Positions 50,501 to 61,644 of a stretch of 64,000 nt of DNA are shown here, piece after piece; within the stretch, counting starts at the first letter, position 1, and every line of letters starts with the position of its first letter. Made by a program: the position numbers and the translations under genes. Origin of the DNA: Vicugna vicugna (Eukaryota); NCBI GenBank assembly GCA_013265495.1, contig MU057560.1:1781664-1845663 (forward strand), in the 5' to 3' direction. Under the pieces are notes generated by a model, which made no database searches, was not told where the DNA came from, and was given only the letters and a program-made list of their open reading frames with translations.

Positions 50501-53500
50501 TACAGATACTAACTACTACATATAAAATAAATAAACAACAAGTTCATATTGTATAGCACAGGGAACTACATTCAACATCTTATAGTAATTTATGGTGAAA
50601 AAGAATATGAAAATGAATATATGTATGTTCATGTAAGACTGAAGCATTATGCTGTACACCAGAAATTGACATAACATTGTAAACTGACTCTACTTCAATA
50701 AAAATATTTTTTTAAAAAAAAAACAGAAACAGCCCGACACAAATCTGGTCAGTTGGTTATGGAAAATGTGCAAAGAAATGAAATGCAGAAAGGATCGTCT
50801 TTTCAACAAATGGTGCAGGAACAGGTAGACCTCCATATGCAGAAAGCAAAAAATGAGCCTCATTCCACACACTGAGCTGCATACAAAAATCCACTCAAAA
50901 TGCATCCTGGACATAAACGTCAGCCATAGCCACCAAGCTTCTAGAACGAAACATCGGGGAAAATCTTTGAGACTTTGGGTAGGGCACAGAGCTCCCAGCT
51001 ATGACATGAAAAGCACAATTTATAAAAGAAAAACTGGTAAATTGGCCTTCATCAAAATTAAAACTTCTGCTTGTCCAAATACAATGTTAAGAGAATGAAA
51101 AGAAATGCCACATACTGGGGAAAAAAAGTTTGTGAAACACATATCTGAAAACTCATTTGTGTCTAGAAGACGTAAAGAACTCACTCTTGACACTCAATGA
51201 AAAGAAAGCAAACAAGCCAACAATAAAAACGAAGGCAGGAGGTGTGAATAGACCCATCCCCAGAGAAGACACGTGGGTGGCAAACATGCACGTGGAAAGA
51301 TGTCATCGCCACTGGTCACTAGGGGACTGCAGAAGAAAGTCACAGACGAGGCACAGCTTCAAAACAGGCAGAACTGGGTTTTAGCTGACCAGACAGACTG
51401 CAGGCGAAGCTGCAGACCCTGAAACGCTCGTGCGTCACGTGGGACTGCGCAGCTGTCCTGCTGCTTAGGGAACATCTGCCAGCTTCTTACAAAGTTAAAC
51501 AAGCATTTACCACGTTTCCAAACAACTCCACTCTGAGATATTTACCTAATCTGTACATGAATGCTCATAGCAGTTTTACTCAGATTCTCCAGAACCTGGA
51601 CATAACCCAAATGCCCTTCAACAGTTGAGTGGATAAACAGGCGGTGGACAGCCGTGCAATGGAACACTACTCGGCATTAAAAAGGATGGCTGGTCAGTAC
51701 ACACAGGAGGGAGGGAATCCCAGACGGGTCACAGCGAGTAAGAGAAGGCAGACTCAGAAGAGCACACGCTGCGCAGTCCCGCTGTACGACACTCTGGGGA
51801 AGGCAAAGCCTTCAGACAGAAAACAGGCCCGTGGTTGCCAAGGCCGGGGGGTCGGGGGGGTGACCGCAGAGGGATGCAAGGGACCAGCAGAATGGACGCT
51901 CCACACTTGACTGCGCTGGTGGTTCCCTGACTGTCTGTGTTGCCCGAACTCCGGGAGCTCGCCAGTGAAAAGGCAAGTTTTCCTGTATGTGAATTACACC
52001 CCAACTTTTAGACAAGAGGTGAAACACTGACTCAAGAAGGGAACAGTGCCGTGAAGTGGAGGGTCGGGTCGTTCTTCCTGCCAACAGAGTTATAAAGCCA
52101 AAGAAACATTACAATGACTAGAAACAGCTCTGCAGGCACTGGAAAGCACCAAAGGAAGCCAGGCCGTGATGCGGGTCTGCTGTTTGCAGGCTGCTGTGGT
52201 CTCGGACTCTGTCCCTCTCAGGCCTGAGGGAACCCCTCACCCACCGCAGCCTTTCGGCTCAAATCGGCCAATGACGTCTCAGAGCAGGTGAGCATCTGGA
52301 AGTTTAAGGGGAAGTCTTGGAAGTGAGGAAGGCGCAGAAGCGCTGAGACCCAAAGCCTGGCCTGCCCTCGCTCCCCGCGACCTGTGCGCCCGCACACATT
52401 TGCCAAAACCCGTCCAGCCCCAGGGCAGGGAGTCACACCTCGGCAGCGCTGCTGAAGACAAGCCAGCTGTGGAAGGAAACCGCACAGGACAAGACACTAG
52501 GGAGCCAGCCCACCCACCGCCTCAGGCTCTGGGAAGCGGAGCGTGTGAGCTTTCTTTGCAAGGTAAGGGGCAGCAGACCCCGGGCTCACAGGGGCACTGG
52601 AGCAACACCCCTCCTCCGAGCCACACCAGGCCGGAAACGTCACTTACCCAGGAAAGAGCTGAAAGCGCAAAGACAAAAACATTAAAAAAGTGCCCGGAGT
52701 CCACGTGGTGAAATTTACACACTGTCGCCGGGAAAGCCCTCAGGGTCTCCCCCGGAGCCCCGAGCACAGTTCCGGAAAGCCGCGCTCCGCGGGCCTCCCT
52801 GCCCCGAGCAGAAGCCGCGGGTCGGGGAGGAACGAGGGAAGCCGCTAGGGGCAGGCAGAAGGCAACAGGGGGCAGGAAGAACGACAAACCAGACGGGAGA
52901 CCCCAAACAGCGCAGCAGGCAGGCGCCGCCCTGCACAGGGCCCAGCGCCCGCGGACCTCAGTCATCTCTGAAGACACCGAGCAACGCAGCAGAGACTCGC
53001 CCACCGCGCGCAAGACGCCGGTGGGCGCGCCAGGAGCCGGGTTTTGAAAAACGAAGAAAGCGTGGCTTATCTGCAGAGGCACCTACATACGGAAAATCAC
53101 TTTACAAAGCTCATCATTGCTTAAAAATGAGAGCTAAATGGGTATTGCTGTGTTTGCATTTTATCAAACTGCTCTCAGGGCCGTTCGGTTTGGCGCGCGG
53201 CCTCATTGACAGAGTGTGGTAAGCAACCTGTAGGTCCTTATCACCACCTCGAAGATTAAACATGAAAAATCTACCTGCCAAAGCCCATCCTTCAAAGTGC
53301 CATAAAATACTTCCCAAGACATTTCACAGGCACGCTGGGCTGAAAACACAGGCACGAGATACCATATTCTGTCTCTGCCATTTTCCAGGGGTCACTGGCC
53401 GCTGATATGAGGCAGCGCTAAGGAAGCGTCTCCTTGGATCTTGCTCCATTACCTCTAAAGAAACAGATTCTCAAAAATGCCAACTCAATCACAAAGAATG

Positions 53501-56500
53501 GGGAAAATAGAGTGGAGGCACCGTGTCTTCCTTCATATGCATACTGACTGATGCTCTGGTACCTTCTGCAACGAGGGATCTGACTCATCTGAGCCGATAC
53601 CCAGAAAAACGGGGCTCGACCCTGCTCCCAGCACACACACTGCCCCTCCAGGGCTCGTCCTGGATTCCTCTGATCCGTTTATGCCATTCCTGGGCTAACC
53701 CACCCATAGCTTCCACCCTCTCATCCCAAACGCCTTCGGAGAATAAGCAGAAAGAATAAAAGGTGTGATCAGCCTGCACGAGAGGTCCTGAGGTTGGGGT
53801 CGGGATGGAACACTCCGGGGAAGGTATTTGGGGCTGTCTTTGATTTTCAGTTATCCACGTTATTGAGAAGGGGAAAAAAATATGTGAACTCTGTACATGT
53901 CAGTACGTGAATTTATCTCTAGTTTATATTCCCAACTTTTAAAAAACGATCTAGCCTTGCCAAAACAGACCTAGAAAGGAAGACTCACTGATATTTCAGT
54001 AGAAGGTAGACTGGCCCTCAACCTACATTGCAAGGCTCTGAGACCAGAATGAGGGCGACAGGGAGAATTCTCACCATGGAGACTTCCTCAGTTACAAGCA
54101 CACTGTAAGCATAGCCCGGGCAGACGGAATTTGAAACCACCTTAAGACCATTTTTTTAAGTGTCTGTTATAACAATGAATTTCTTTCTTATATTGAATGC
54201 ATTCTCTTCTCCTTTCTAAAGGATAAAGGAAGTAAGATATTTTGGCCAAAATGCCTACTTTGGCTGTCAAAATTATTTACTGGGAAAAGGATAGGATTTC
54301 AGCTGATACTGGTCCTGCAATCATTCTGACCTCTTGGAAAAGCCAAGTGCAAGCCTGTAAGACACTGTTTCCAGAAACAGATCTGCTCCGCCGAGTTCTT
54401 CCCTCATGGACTCACGGTTATTCTTAGAGTCTTTAAAACTCCGACACGAGAACAACAAAGGCAGGAGATAAAACAAGGGGCCACTTGTGGAGCAGAACAG
54501 GGAGCAGCCGTCGGCGGAGTCAAAGAAAGAATTCAGGGAGATGGGGCTCTTTTCTGAAAACAGAGGGAACTTCGGTTGCGGAGACTGAAACCAGAAGGAT
54601 TTCCTACCGCTTTGTTCTTAAACAGTTCAGGACTCTGGGGTTTTCCTCTCTCTTCCATTAAAACATCTGAAAGAGAGAGAGATTTCGACCCTTGCTTCAA
54701 TGTCTACCCCCTAAAACGTCAAACATTCGCCAGTCCCCAGTTACCCCGTGAGCCCCTCTGGGAGCCCAGGCTCCGCCGTCCCGGTTCCAGGCTGCCAGGG
54801 GGTGTGGGGTCTCCATCCTCAACGAATCTGCGGTGACCCTAGTGGCCGACTCACACGCATGGAATGCATGCGAAATGAGACGGCGCCGAACTACACGTGC
54901 AACTGTCAACACGGAGGACTTCAGAAGCTGCCAAAGTGCAGAGAGGACAAGGCTGGCTTCACAAGGCTTGGTGGGGACGGTAAGTTTCGAGCAGAGCAGT
55001 GACAGTTAATGGGGCGTAAACAGAGTCAGGAGGACAGTGTGAGGCCAGGAGTCGACCAAGGTCGAGGCAGCGGGAGGGAGACGCGAGCGAGGGTGCCGGG
55101 AGGAACTCAGGACTGAGCAGCTGGGCGCGGAGGGGAACAGAGGGAGGAGGGGCAGGCACCGCTCTGCCTGCTCAGGGCGACGGGAAGCGCCATCCACGGA
55201 GAGCAGGATGAACTCTGGGCTCGGGACGCGCCTTCCCGGAGAGGGAGCAGGGCGTCCACACCGAGACGCGGGCGCTCAGACGTCACGGGGCTCTCCACGC
55301 TATGGGAGGTCCGCAAGAACTGAAGCCAGGAGAGACTCCAGCCCGGGCCAGGGGCGCGGGGCAGAGACGGGCCCAGAGTGGGAGGCGGAGGTATTTTGGA
55401 AAATATGGTCTTTTTCTTTCATGAAAAATATGCTATTTATATGAGTTATTGTGGCTATTTTTAAATAAATAAATAAATGGTTTTAAATTTCCCAGTTTCC
55501 ATTCCTAGCACAGTAACGACCGACAGCTATAGCCCACCAAACAAAAGCCCTTTGTGGCCTCAGTCACATTTAAGTGTATAAAGGGGTCCTGAGAACAGCA
55601 AGCTTGAGAGCCATCGCTCTGAAGTGTTCATCAGAATCTGACAGAGCACCCCTGAATGCGCCCGGCACGTCACAAACACAGGCGCCCGCGTGTTAGTTCT
55701 AACGTTGGCACCCTCAGCCTCTCACCACTTCATGCATCAGGCCTCCAAGGCCCGAAATAAACTCAGCCACAGCCTCCAAGCTCACCAGTTGCAAGGATGC
55801 TCTCTGAACTACAATTAGGAGAAAGAATCCACTCTATAGATAGCTTTTATTATTTTAATTTGTTTAATCTGATTTTTTACTTTTATTTGCTTACTTTTAT
55901 ATCTAGCAAGCAAGAACAGAAACTCTGCATGAAAAACACCGTCCTAACCCCCTTCCCACACGGAGCCTCCCCTTCCGCCTGCCTGCAGCCTTCCCACCGG
56001 GCACAGCAGCGCGGCCATTGCTTAATCGGATGACAAGTCTGCATCTCATTGCATCTTTCTGTGTCTCAACTTTGCAGTCTTTTTTTTTGTAATTGAAAAA
56101 TTATTTTTATTTTTTCTCAAAATGGTAATTATTTCCATGACGTCAGGGTTTTCCTTACAAATTTTTTAATACAGAATAACTCATCTTGCTTAAAAAAACA
56201 CACAAAATTGATAAAGACTACTACCCCAAAAGCACAAAATATTCCGTCAAACAATTTAGACAGCAAGTTACAAAATATCAAATTGACATGCATCCAGTAG
56301 GTAAACAAACTTTGCACTTAATAACTGACTTTGCACCTAATGATCACTGCACTCTTAAAATTACCTCTGTTCTACTTGCCTCTTTTTTTTGTGGACATGT
56401 TTTAATTTTTCTTGGGTAAATACCTACATATAAAATAGACTAGCAATATGGTAACTTGATGGTTAACTTTTTAAGAGACTGCCAAACTTTTCCGTTTTTT

Positions 56501-59185
56501 TTTAGTTTTTTTTAACTGAAATACAGCTGATGTACTTTAAATGAGTTACAGGTCTACAGTACAGTGATTTATCATTTTTAAAGTATATACTCCATTTGCA
56601 GGTGTTATAAAATCCTGGCTATATTCCCCATTGAACTTTGCAGTCTTTTGCCTGAACAGATAACAAACGTGGAGTATACCCCCACTGGGTATTTGGAATT
56701 GGTTAGAAATATTTCTAATGTGACACGGAAATTATAGAAATTACAATATTGAAAGAAGCCAAGAGATGTTTCCATTTCCTCCTCAGTCACATGGAAGGAC
56801 TGGAGAAGACTCCTTCCTAGGGGTGCTTCTGGCTCAGGATTTTACGGTCCCACAGACCCGGGGTACTCCACGCACAGCCGGCCAGGCAGGGGCCGGCCAG
56901 GGCAGGGGCCTAACGCTGCGGGTCTAACACAGGCTTATTATCAGTCGTAGACGTGTGGACTTTGTGACGCCGGCTTGGACTGCGGTGACAGAGGATGTCG
57001 CACCAGCTTCTGATACAGAGGACGGAACCAGAGGACGTCTGGGAGCACTTCGCTGCACCCAAACACACGTGCAGTTTGCTAAAATTCACACAAGCCTGTG
57101 CCTACAATAGTTACAATTTGTGAGATGCACTGCTGAATGCATTTCATTGCAGTGTAAATCTGCCTTCTGATATAGAACAACTTCAGCAAGGCCTGTCTCT
57201 TCCTGCTCGTTCTATTTCCAAGCAGAAATGTGAGTTTTATTTATACAACTATTTTTCGCACTGCCATGGATTCGCCTTCTTCAAATATCAAAACAGACCA
57301 ACCCTGAAGATGGGAAAATAAGAAACACGCGTGACCTGAGTCGATACCACACAGCCCCGCGGACGGCCTCTCCGCGCAGTCTCAACAGCAGACCAGCTCT
57401 GGGCCGCAGGGACCCTGCCATTTCTCGTCTTGGCGCTCCCTTGGGCAAAAGCTGCCGGGCTCACAGGAGACACGCAGAATCAGGTAAAAAGGTCCTGCAC
57501 AATCTCATTTGTCAACTCGAAGTGCCCGTGGACTTTCCAGCCCCTTTCATTTTCATGTTTCTGATTTCCTTTCCTCTGAACTACTCATGGGAAAATACAC
57601 ATTTTTGCTCCAAAATGTGGCTATCAGTTTCAGGTAGCTAAGTAATAAATAAACCTAAAAGGGCCTTTCCAGAATGCGGTGCAGGCAGCCCGTAAAGGTT
57701 TCTCATGCACCTTTCCCAGACATGAGAATTTCAAATGTTACTTTTTGTTTCCAAAAATTGTATTTATGGCCCTGGCTACGTTATATAGACCTAAACCCTG
57801 GGTTCTCTGTACCTGACAAGAACACTATGGACCGACCACAGACATTCTCATAATTTAAAATAATTCATATGTTTTAAAAGTTATAGGTAGCATCTCTTTG
57901 ACATAATGTGGAAAACCAAGCAAATATGAACAAAACGCTTTCCTTTTGTTACTGCAATGGTCTGTGTAGTAGTTGGTCATATTCTAGTAAAACCCTCCAC
58001 CCGAGGCAACAGCAGTGCGATCAGACGACCACACACGGAGAACAGAAGCGGCTGGTGCCCCCCCATCCAGGCCAGACTCACAGCCGGGGGGACACACGCT
58101 GGTCTGAGCAGTAATTCCTCCTTTCTCGGCGCCTGTTCCTGCTACTTGCGCATGAGCCCCCCCACCCGCCACCCCGTGGAGGCACTCCTGCTGACACTTC
58201 TAACTAAGAGTCTGGTCAAAGCAAAATCCCAGGGCTGTTCTTGCCTGTGTCCCGGGGACGCACCAGTGAGAGCTTCGTTCATCTGCTTAAAATTGATGTT
58301 CTATAACACATAATCCTGTGGACAACTGGTGAATGAGAAAAACAGACTGATGGATGGACGGCCGGACACAGGCTGGTGTGGAGCATGCACCTGCCTGAGC
58401 ACCCGGCTCCACATCCCCTCCCCTCCCTTCCACAAAGTCAAGGTCAAGGAATAAACTGAGCCCATCAGACAGACAAAGAGGGCCTGATCCCAGAGCACTG
58501 CCAGGATTCCGCCCTCTGCCCCGAGGCAGCGGCTGAGAGAGCAGGATGGTTTGCTGGAAGAGCCGCGGGGCCGGCAGCCTGGACTCAGGGGCCGCGGCAC
58601 ACACAGGCCTGGGAGGGGCGGGGATGGCCAGCCCCATGGATGCTGGAAGAACTGAGTCCACTGGAGAAGGGGAGCTCAGAGGGCGTCGTGGGTCCTCAGC
58701 CTAGAAACCAGGAGCAAAGGTACGGACGCGTCCAGGACTGGCCCCAGGACTGACCTTGTCTTCTAGATTTACTGAGGTATGTGACGGTCAAGACCATATA
58801 TATTCAGGTGGCACAACACCGTGTTTTCTAAGGATGATTCAATAGATGTGCGCATCCTGAACCAATTCCAGCAATCAGGTTAGTGAATCCGTCCATCACC
58901 TCGCATCGTCGCCTTGTTCTGGGGGTGCTGAGAACACTTGAGATCTATTGTCTCAGCGAATTCCAAGTGGACAGCACGGTGTGTTAACTGCAGTCACCAC
59001 GTGGTGCAGAAGACCCCCGAGCGTGTGCCTCCCATAACTTGCTGATCTTTCACGGGCTATTTCTCTTGGCCAGACTGGACCCATTTCATCTCCTCCTTCA
59101 GGTCCCTAAATGCGATTTCTAAAACTGGCAAGGATTCAACAGAAGTAGAGCCCACCAGATGAAAAGATAAGATTGGTTCGTCCAT
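35216..59185 (-). CDS. Uncharacterized multi-exon protein-coding gene (whole coding span; about 300+ aa; 5' exons uncertain)
   Basis: Exons 47702-47639, 45713-45653, 45143-45065, 44578-44556, 42012(or 42003)-41957, 41841-41730, 39820-39750, 39023-38976 and 35571-35216 all have AG/GT ends and compatible phases. They give 870 nt with no internal stop: EDNSRMSFKKKFPLRHNTKEKGDVLISERSQNDDPHCPWWQRIRCLEIPEFLPVAATVSEALQYLIFWTIWQFRNRFYRNHTYNLISFHFLQMRPSFWWGSCPTDVTAQCACEHDLLEAFSGSYFSYVQNKSGNLTRTCVSEVVSLTEQMCSCYVASLKNLGKNKKVVPFPEKEPNG...QQTP*. Upstream microexons extend the frame. AATAAA follows the stop. Confidence 0.7.
35250..35403. repeat. 60-bp coding tandem repeat, about 2.6 copies
   Basis: Consecutive 60-nt sequence lines are nearly identical (gcatctgttcgcgggacggttgtcccaaggacggccgcccagg...); encodes the EQMPDKQGxPGRPSLGQPSR unit. 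Confidence 0.95.
37528..37827 (+). mobile_element. MER2-type Tigger MITE (preceded by MIR at about 37370-37520)
   Basis: cagtcgtccttgg..ccaggacccc..tgctcaagtc..cagttggttgaatccacggatgcaga. Confidence 0.8.
38976..39023 (-). CDS. Internal coding exon, 48 nt (ASLKNLGKNKKVVPFP)
   Basis: Very strong acceptor tttctttctttcttttttcag and donor CTG|gtaaga; phase 1-1, in frame with both neighbours. Confidence 0.8.
39750..39820 (-). CDS. Internal coding exon, 71 nt (SGNLTRTCVSEVVSLTEQMCSCYV); alternative acceptor at 39773
   Basis: Donor TTG|gtgagt; acceptor aattatgtcag is moderate. An internal ctctgacag acceptor would give a 24-nt exon. Confidence 0.6.
41195..41650 (-). mobile_element. L1MC-type 3' end
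   Basis: agttttaggtttacagg..cagtttttccaccaatgtcctttttctg..gacagtttctcagtccttccttgttt. Confidence 0.8.
41730..41841 (-). CDS. Internal coding exon, 112 nt (PSFWWGSCPTDVTAQCACEHDLLEAFSGSYFSYVQNK)
   Basis: Acceptor tccccatctcctcgacag, donor AAG|gtaagc; phase 1-2, open. Confidence 0.65.
41957..42012 (-). CDS. Internal coding exon, 56 nt (or 47 nt from 42003) (RFYRNHTYNLISFHFLQMR)
   Basis: Acceptors ttgcatttcttggcag and ttttacag lie 9 nt apart in the same frame; donor GAC|gtatgt; 115-nt downstream intron. Confidence 0.6.
44556..44578 (-). CDS. Coding microexon, 23 nt (TIWQFRN-R)
   Basis: Long polypyrimidine tract cttcttttttttcctttttgctgtggttttag, donor TCG|gtaaaa; phase 0-2 exactly bridges the flanking exons. 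Confidence 0.6.
45065..45143 (-). CDS. Internal coding exon, 79 nt (IRCLEIPEFLPVAATVSEALQYLIFW)
   Basis: Acceptor cctccccacctttatag, donor TGG|gtgagt; phase 2-0. Confidence 0.7.
45653..45713 (-). CDS. Internal coding exon, 61 nt (GDVLISERSQNDDPHCPWWQR)
   Basis: Strong acceptor ttttatcttctttttaaccaccttgccag, donor GAG|gtgatg; phase 1-2. Confidence 0.6.
47639..47702 (-). CDS. Internal coding exon, 64 nt (EDNSRMSFKKKFPLRHNTKEK)
   Basis: Acceptor ggtttctgtttcag, donor AAG|gtatgt; only frame 0 is open. Confidence 0.7.
48190..52012 (+). mobile_element. Composite old L1 (L1MD/MC/MB-type ORF2 3' half and 3'UTR), decayed
   Basis: tcaatagatgcagaaaaatcgtttgacaaaattcagcatccatttatg, ttttcaacaaatggtgc, cccaaatgcccttcaacagttgagtggataaac. 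Confidence 0.9.
50353..50725 (+). mobile_element. Younger L1 3' end nested in the old L1
   Basis: Complete terminus with A-tail; TSD gaaacagccc at 50343-50352 and 50726-50735. Confidence 0.9.
52648..52658 (-). CDS. Coding microexon, 11 nt (P-LSW)
   Basis: Acceptor ttttttaatgtttttgtctttgcgctttcag, exon CTCTTTCCTGG, donor gtaagt; ends in phase 0, matching the next exon. Confidence 0.6.
54416..54430 (-). CDS. Candidate coding microexon, 15 nt (D-SKNN-P)
   Basis: ttttaaag|ACTCTAAGAATAACC|gtgagt; phase 1-1. The acceptor is imperfect, with another AG 8 nt upstream. Confidence 0.4.
55390..55617 (+). mobile_element. hAT-Charlie1-type 3' end
   Basis: aaacaaaagccctttgtggcctca..aaaggggtcctgaga..ttgagagcca. 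Confidence 0.7.
55786..55808 (-). CDS. Candidate coding microexon, 23 nt (or 18 nt from 55803) (SESILAT)
   Basis: ttctttctcctaattgtag|TTCAGAGAGCATCCTTGCAACTG|gtgagc. Confidence 0.45.
56084..56633 (-). mobile_element. TSD-flanked retroposed insert: L1 3' end plus about 400 nt of extra sequence and polyA
   Basis: Perfect 16-bp TSD aactttgcagtctttt at 56068-56083 and 56634-56649; T-run at the left end; AATAAA (minus) at 56106-56111. Confidence 0.85.
58762..59040 (-). mobile_element. L1MA-type 3' end
   Basis: tttactgaggtat..ccatcacctc..gagaacacttgagatcta..ttaactgcagtcacca. Confidence 0.75.
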
Positions 59186-59192
59186 GTCTGTT
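59156..59192 (-). CDS. Candidate first coding exon (ATG at 59185, MDEPILSFHL)
   Basis: gttttataatag|AACAGACATGG...CATCTG|gtgggc; Kozak G at -3 and G at +4. Linkage to downstream exons (possibly via the acceptor at 57303) is unresolved. Confidence 0.3.
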
Positions 59193-60279
59193 CTATTATA
59201 AAACATCAGCTCAACACCTCCTGCTTTATTAATGAAGAGTATTACGCAGAATACATGTCTGCAGTTAAAGCTAAAGCAGCTCTTCTAGTCTAAAGCGAAC
59301 ATCCCCCTTTTTGCTTGAATCCAGATAAATCTCCTACGTGCAGAGGAATCCGAGCTTTGTTTCTAAAGCCACATAATTCTCTAAAATATTTGTTTCTTAA
59401 CATTTAATTCACCAAATCCTACTCAGCAGTACTGATGACCTCCACTTAGCTTTTGAGACTCCAATGTTGATCAATAGTAACCTTGTCTCTTAGGGAAGCA
59501 ATAAAATACTTAGCTGCAGTGACAGAGTAGCATTAAGATAATAAAACGAAAAGAATAGTCAAGACACTGGGCAGGCAATGAATTCCAAAAATCAATGAAA
59601 GAATCAATGCCCTTTTCATTTTGTCACAAAAATCCTGAGTCAGAGACAATGCTGGATCAAAACCCCCCTGGCTTCGCTGGCATTTCTGGCAATGCTAATT
59701 AAATGAACCCCTCTCCTGCTGGCCTGACGGAGCAGGCAACCAGAGTAAATCACTGTTTGTTATGGATCTGCGAGCGCACTTGATTTCGGCAAGATGCTTA
59801 AGTGGTGTTTTTGTCAGCAGCTGCAGGCGATGGAAAATGCCTTGTGTTCCGAGCCCGGCATTTGTCAAGTATGTTAAACCACTTACATATGATTTATGTC
59901 AACTGATATAAACCATTACTTTGATTATTTTTAAAAAAACGTTTCACTGCGTTATCATTCATTTTACAGCTGGAAACACAACAACGCGTCACTTACGTGA
60001 CCTTGTGTGAGGTGCGCGCCCCCCAGCCTCAGCCGCCCTCTGGAAGCAGGGGCTCCGACAACGACCAGCCCGGGTCTCCCTAAACTCCCCGTCCGATGAG
60101 GTTTCGGGCCACAGCATGATTTGGGGTGGAGTCATAATGACCAAAAAAACCACAAAATAGAACGTGACTCTTTTTTTAAGAAAACAAGCACAGAACACCG
60201 ATCGGGGCCGGACCCCCTGCTCCCACCTGTCCTGCCAGAAATACCACAGGGTTCTATTCCGTCTCCCAGGTGTCTTGCT

Positions 60280-60360
60280 TTGCTGACTCCGCCCAAAAAT
60301 CGTATTGTGTTTTGAAATTGCCAGTCTTTCAGCACATGAAACGCTGAAGACTAACGGCTG
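60280..60360 (-). promoter_or_regulatory. Candidate germline/cell-cycle promoter elements (GC box, CHR-like TTTGAA, MYB site TAACGG)
   Basis: CCGCCC 60289-60294, TTTGAA 60311-60316 and TAACGG 60352-60357 lie upstream of a CAC|gtaagt donor at 59997. Confidence 0.3.
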
Positions 60361-61630
60361 TGAGAGGCCAGTCTCTCCCTTACGCCCAGTTCCAGCCCTA
60401 GAAGGCCCAGGCTTGTTCGGTTAAGAATTCCGTCAACAAGTCAGCGCTCCTTGAGCAGAAGACTCGGCCCTCACGCTGGGAGCTGCCACCCGGCAGGAAA
60501 AACAAACAGCGGGCATGTGAGAGGTTTGCTGAAAAACGTGAGAACACACACAAAGTAACTCGGGGGGAATGAGGGGGAAAGGCATGAGTGAAATAGCACA
60601 ATTGCTGAAGAAAGAGAACATGAAGAAATGACCAGGAAGGGCAATTTAAGAGGCTCTTGGAAGAGGGGACTCGTGAACCAATTAGAGGCAGGGCATTAGG
60701 ACAGAGTGGAAGACGAGGCACCAGAAGTGACAGCTGAGAAGCTGCATTTCTTCCGGAGAGGGAGGGGGGCGGCCCTCCAGTCCGAACAGAGTGTGGGGTC
60801 GGGGAGACACGGGACCACCAGCACCCCACGTGAGGCTGCGCGCTCATGCACGGTGAGGCCAGCCATCACCTGAAGGCGCACCTGCTCCCCCATCTCACCC
60901 AGGCACTGCTCCTTCTGGTCCAATGGCCCAGCACTATTAGCAGCATTCCTGGGCCGGAAGATTGAACTACGAGTCCACCTCAGACCGAAAATGCATGCTG
61001 CGCACACAAAGGGTGCCTGACACTAATTCTAGCCTCGGGCGGTCACCTGCAGACAAAATGACCCCCAGTGGTCCACTGTCACATCAGACGCTAGACAGCA
61101 GGCTCTCAATTTATACTTATGTTCTACATGTTTCCATTTATAAACATCAAGATTTTAACAGAACAAGCGACACTCGAGTATACATTTTCTTTTAAGTTTA
61201 CATTTGTCCCAAGGAATAAATTTAAACAGACATGAGCTCTTGTCCTGTGTTGCTGGGTAATTTTTCTCTCTGGCTTTTCCAGTGGGCTAAATTGTAGATG
61301 CTCCAAAGGCAGACAAAACCTGCTATTCTTCCATCACAGGGACAGGACTGAACACATGATGCCCAACAGGCTTTGAGGTTTGGTCCAGTGCCGCCTTCAA
61401 CATGCGTCTGAAGGGACTTCAACTGGATCTAATCACACAAAACACTGTCATAAAACAAATGTTCCCCTACAAGGTGATGGAGTATTTCATACGTCAATGA
61501 ATATATATGCTAAAAATCTTATCTAAGAAATGTTTTACTGATAGCACACTTACTAGTCAAATTATACTTAATTTTTGGAGCGTTTGGAAAAAGCATGCAC
61601 AATTATCATTTCATCTTTGTGCCAGAACCT

Positions 61631-61644
61631 GTCACTATGGCAAC
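61631..61644. promoter_or_regulatory. RFX X-box-like motif
   Basis: GTCACTATGGCAAC resembles the X-box palindrome GTTGCCATGGCAAC. Confidence 0.35.
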
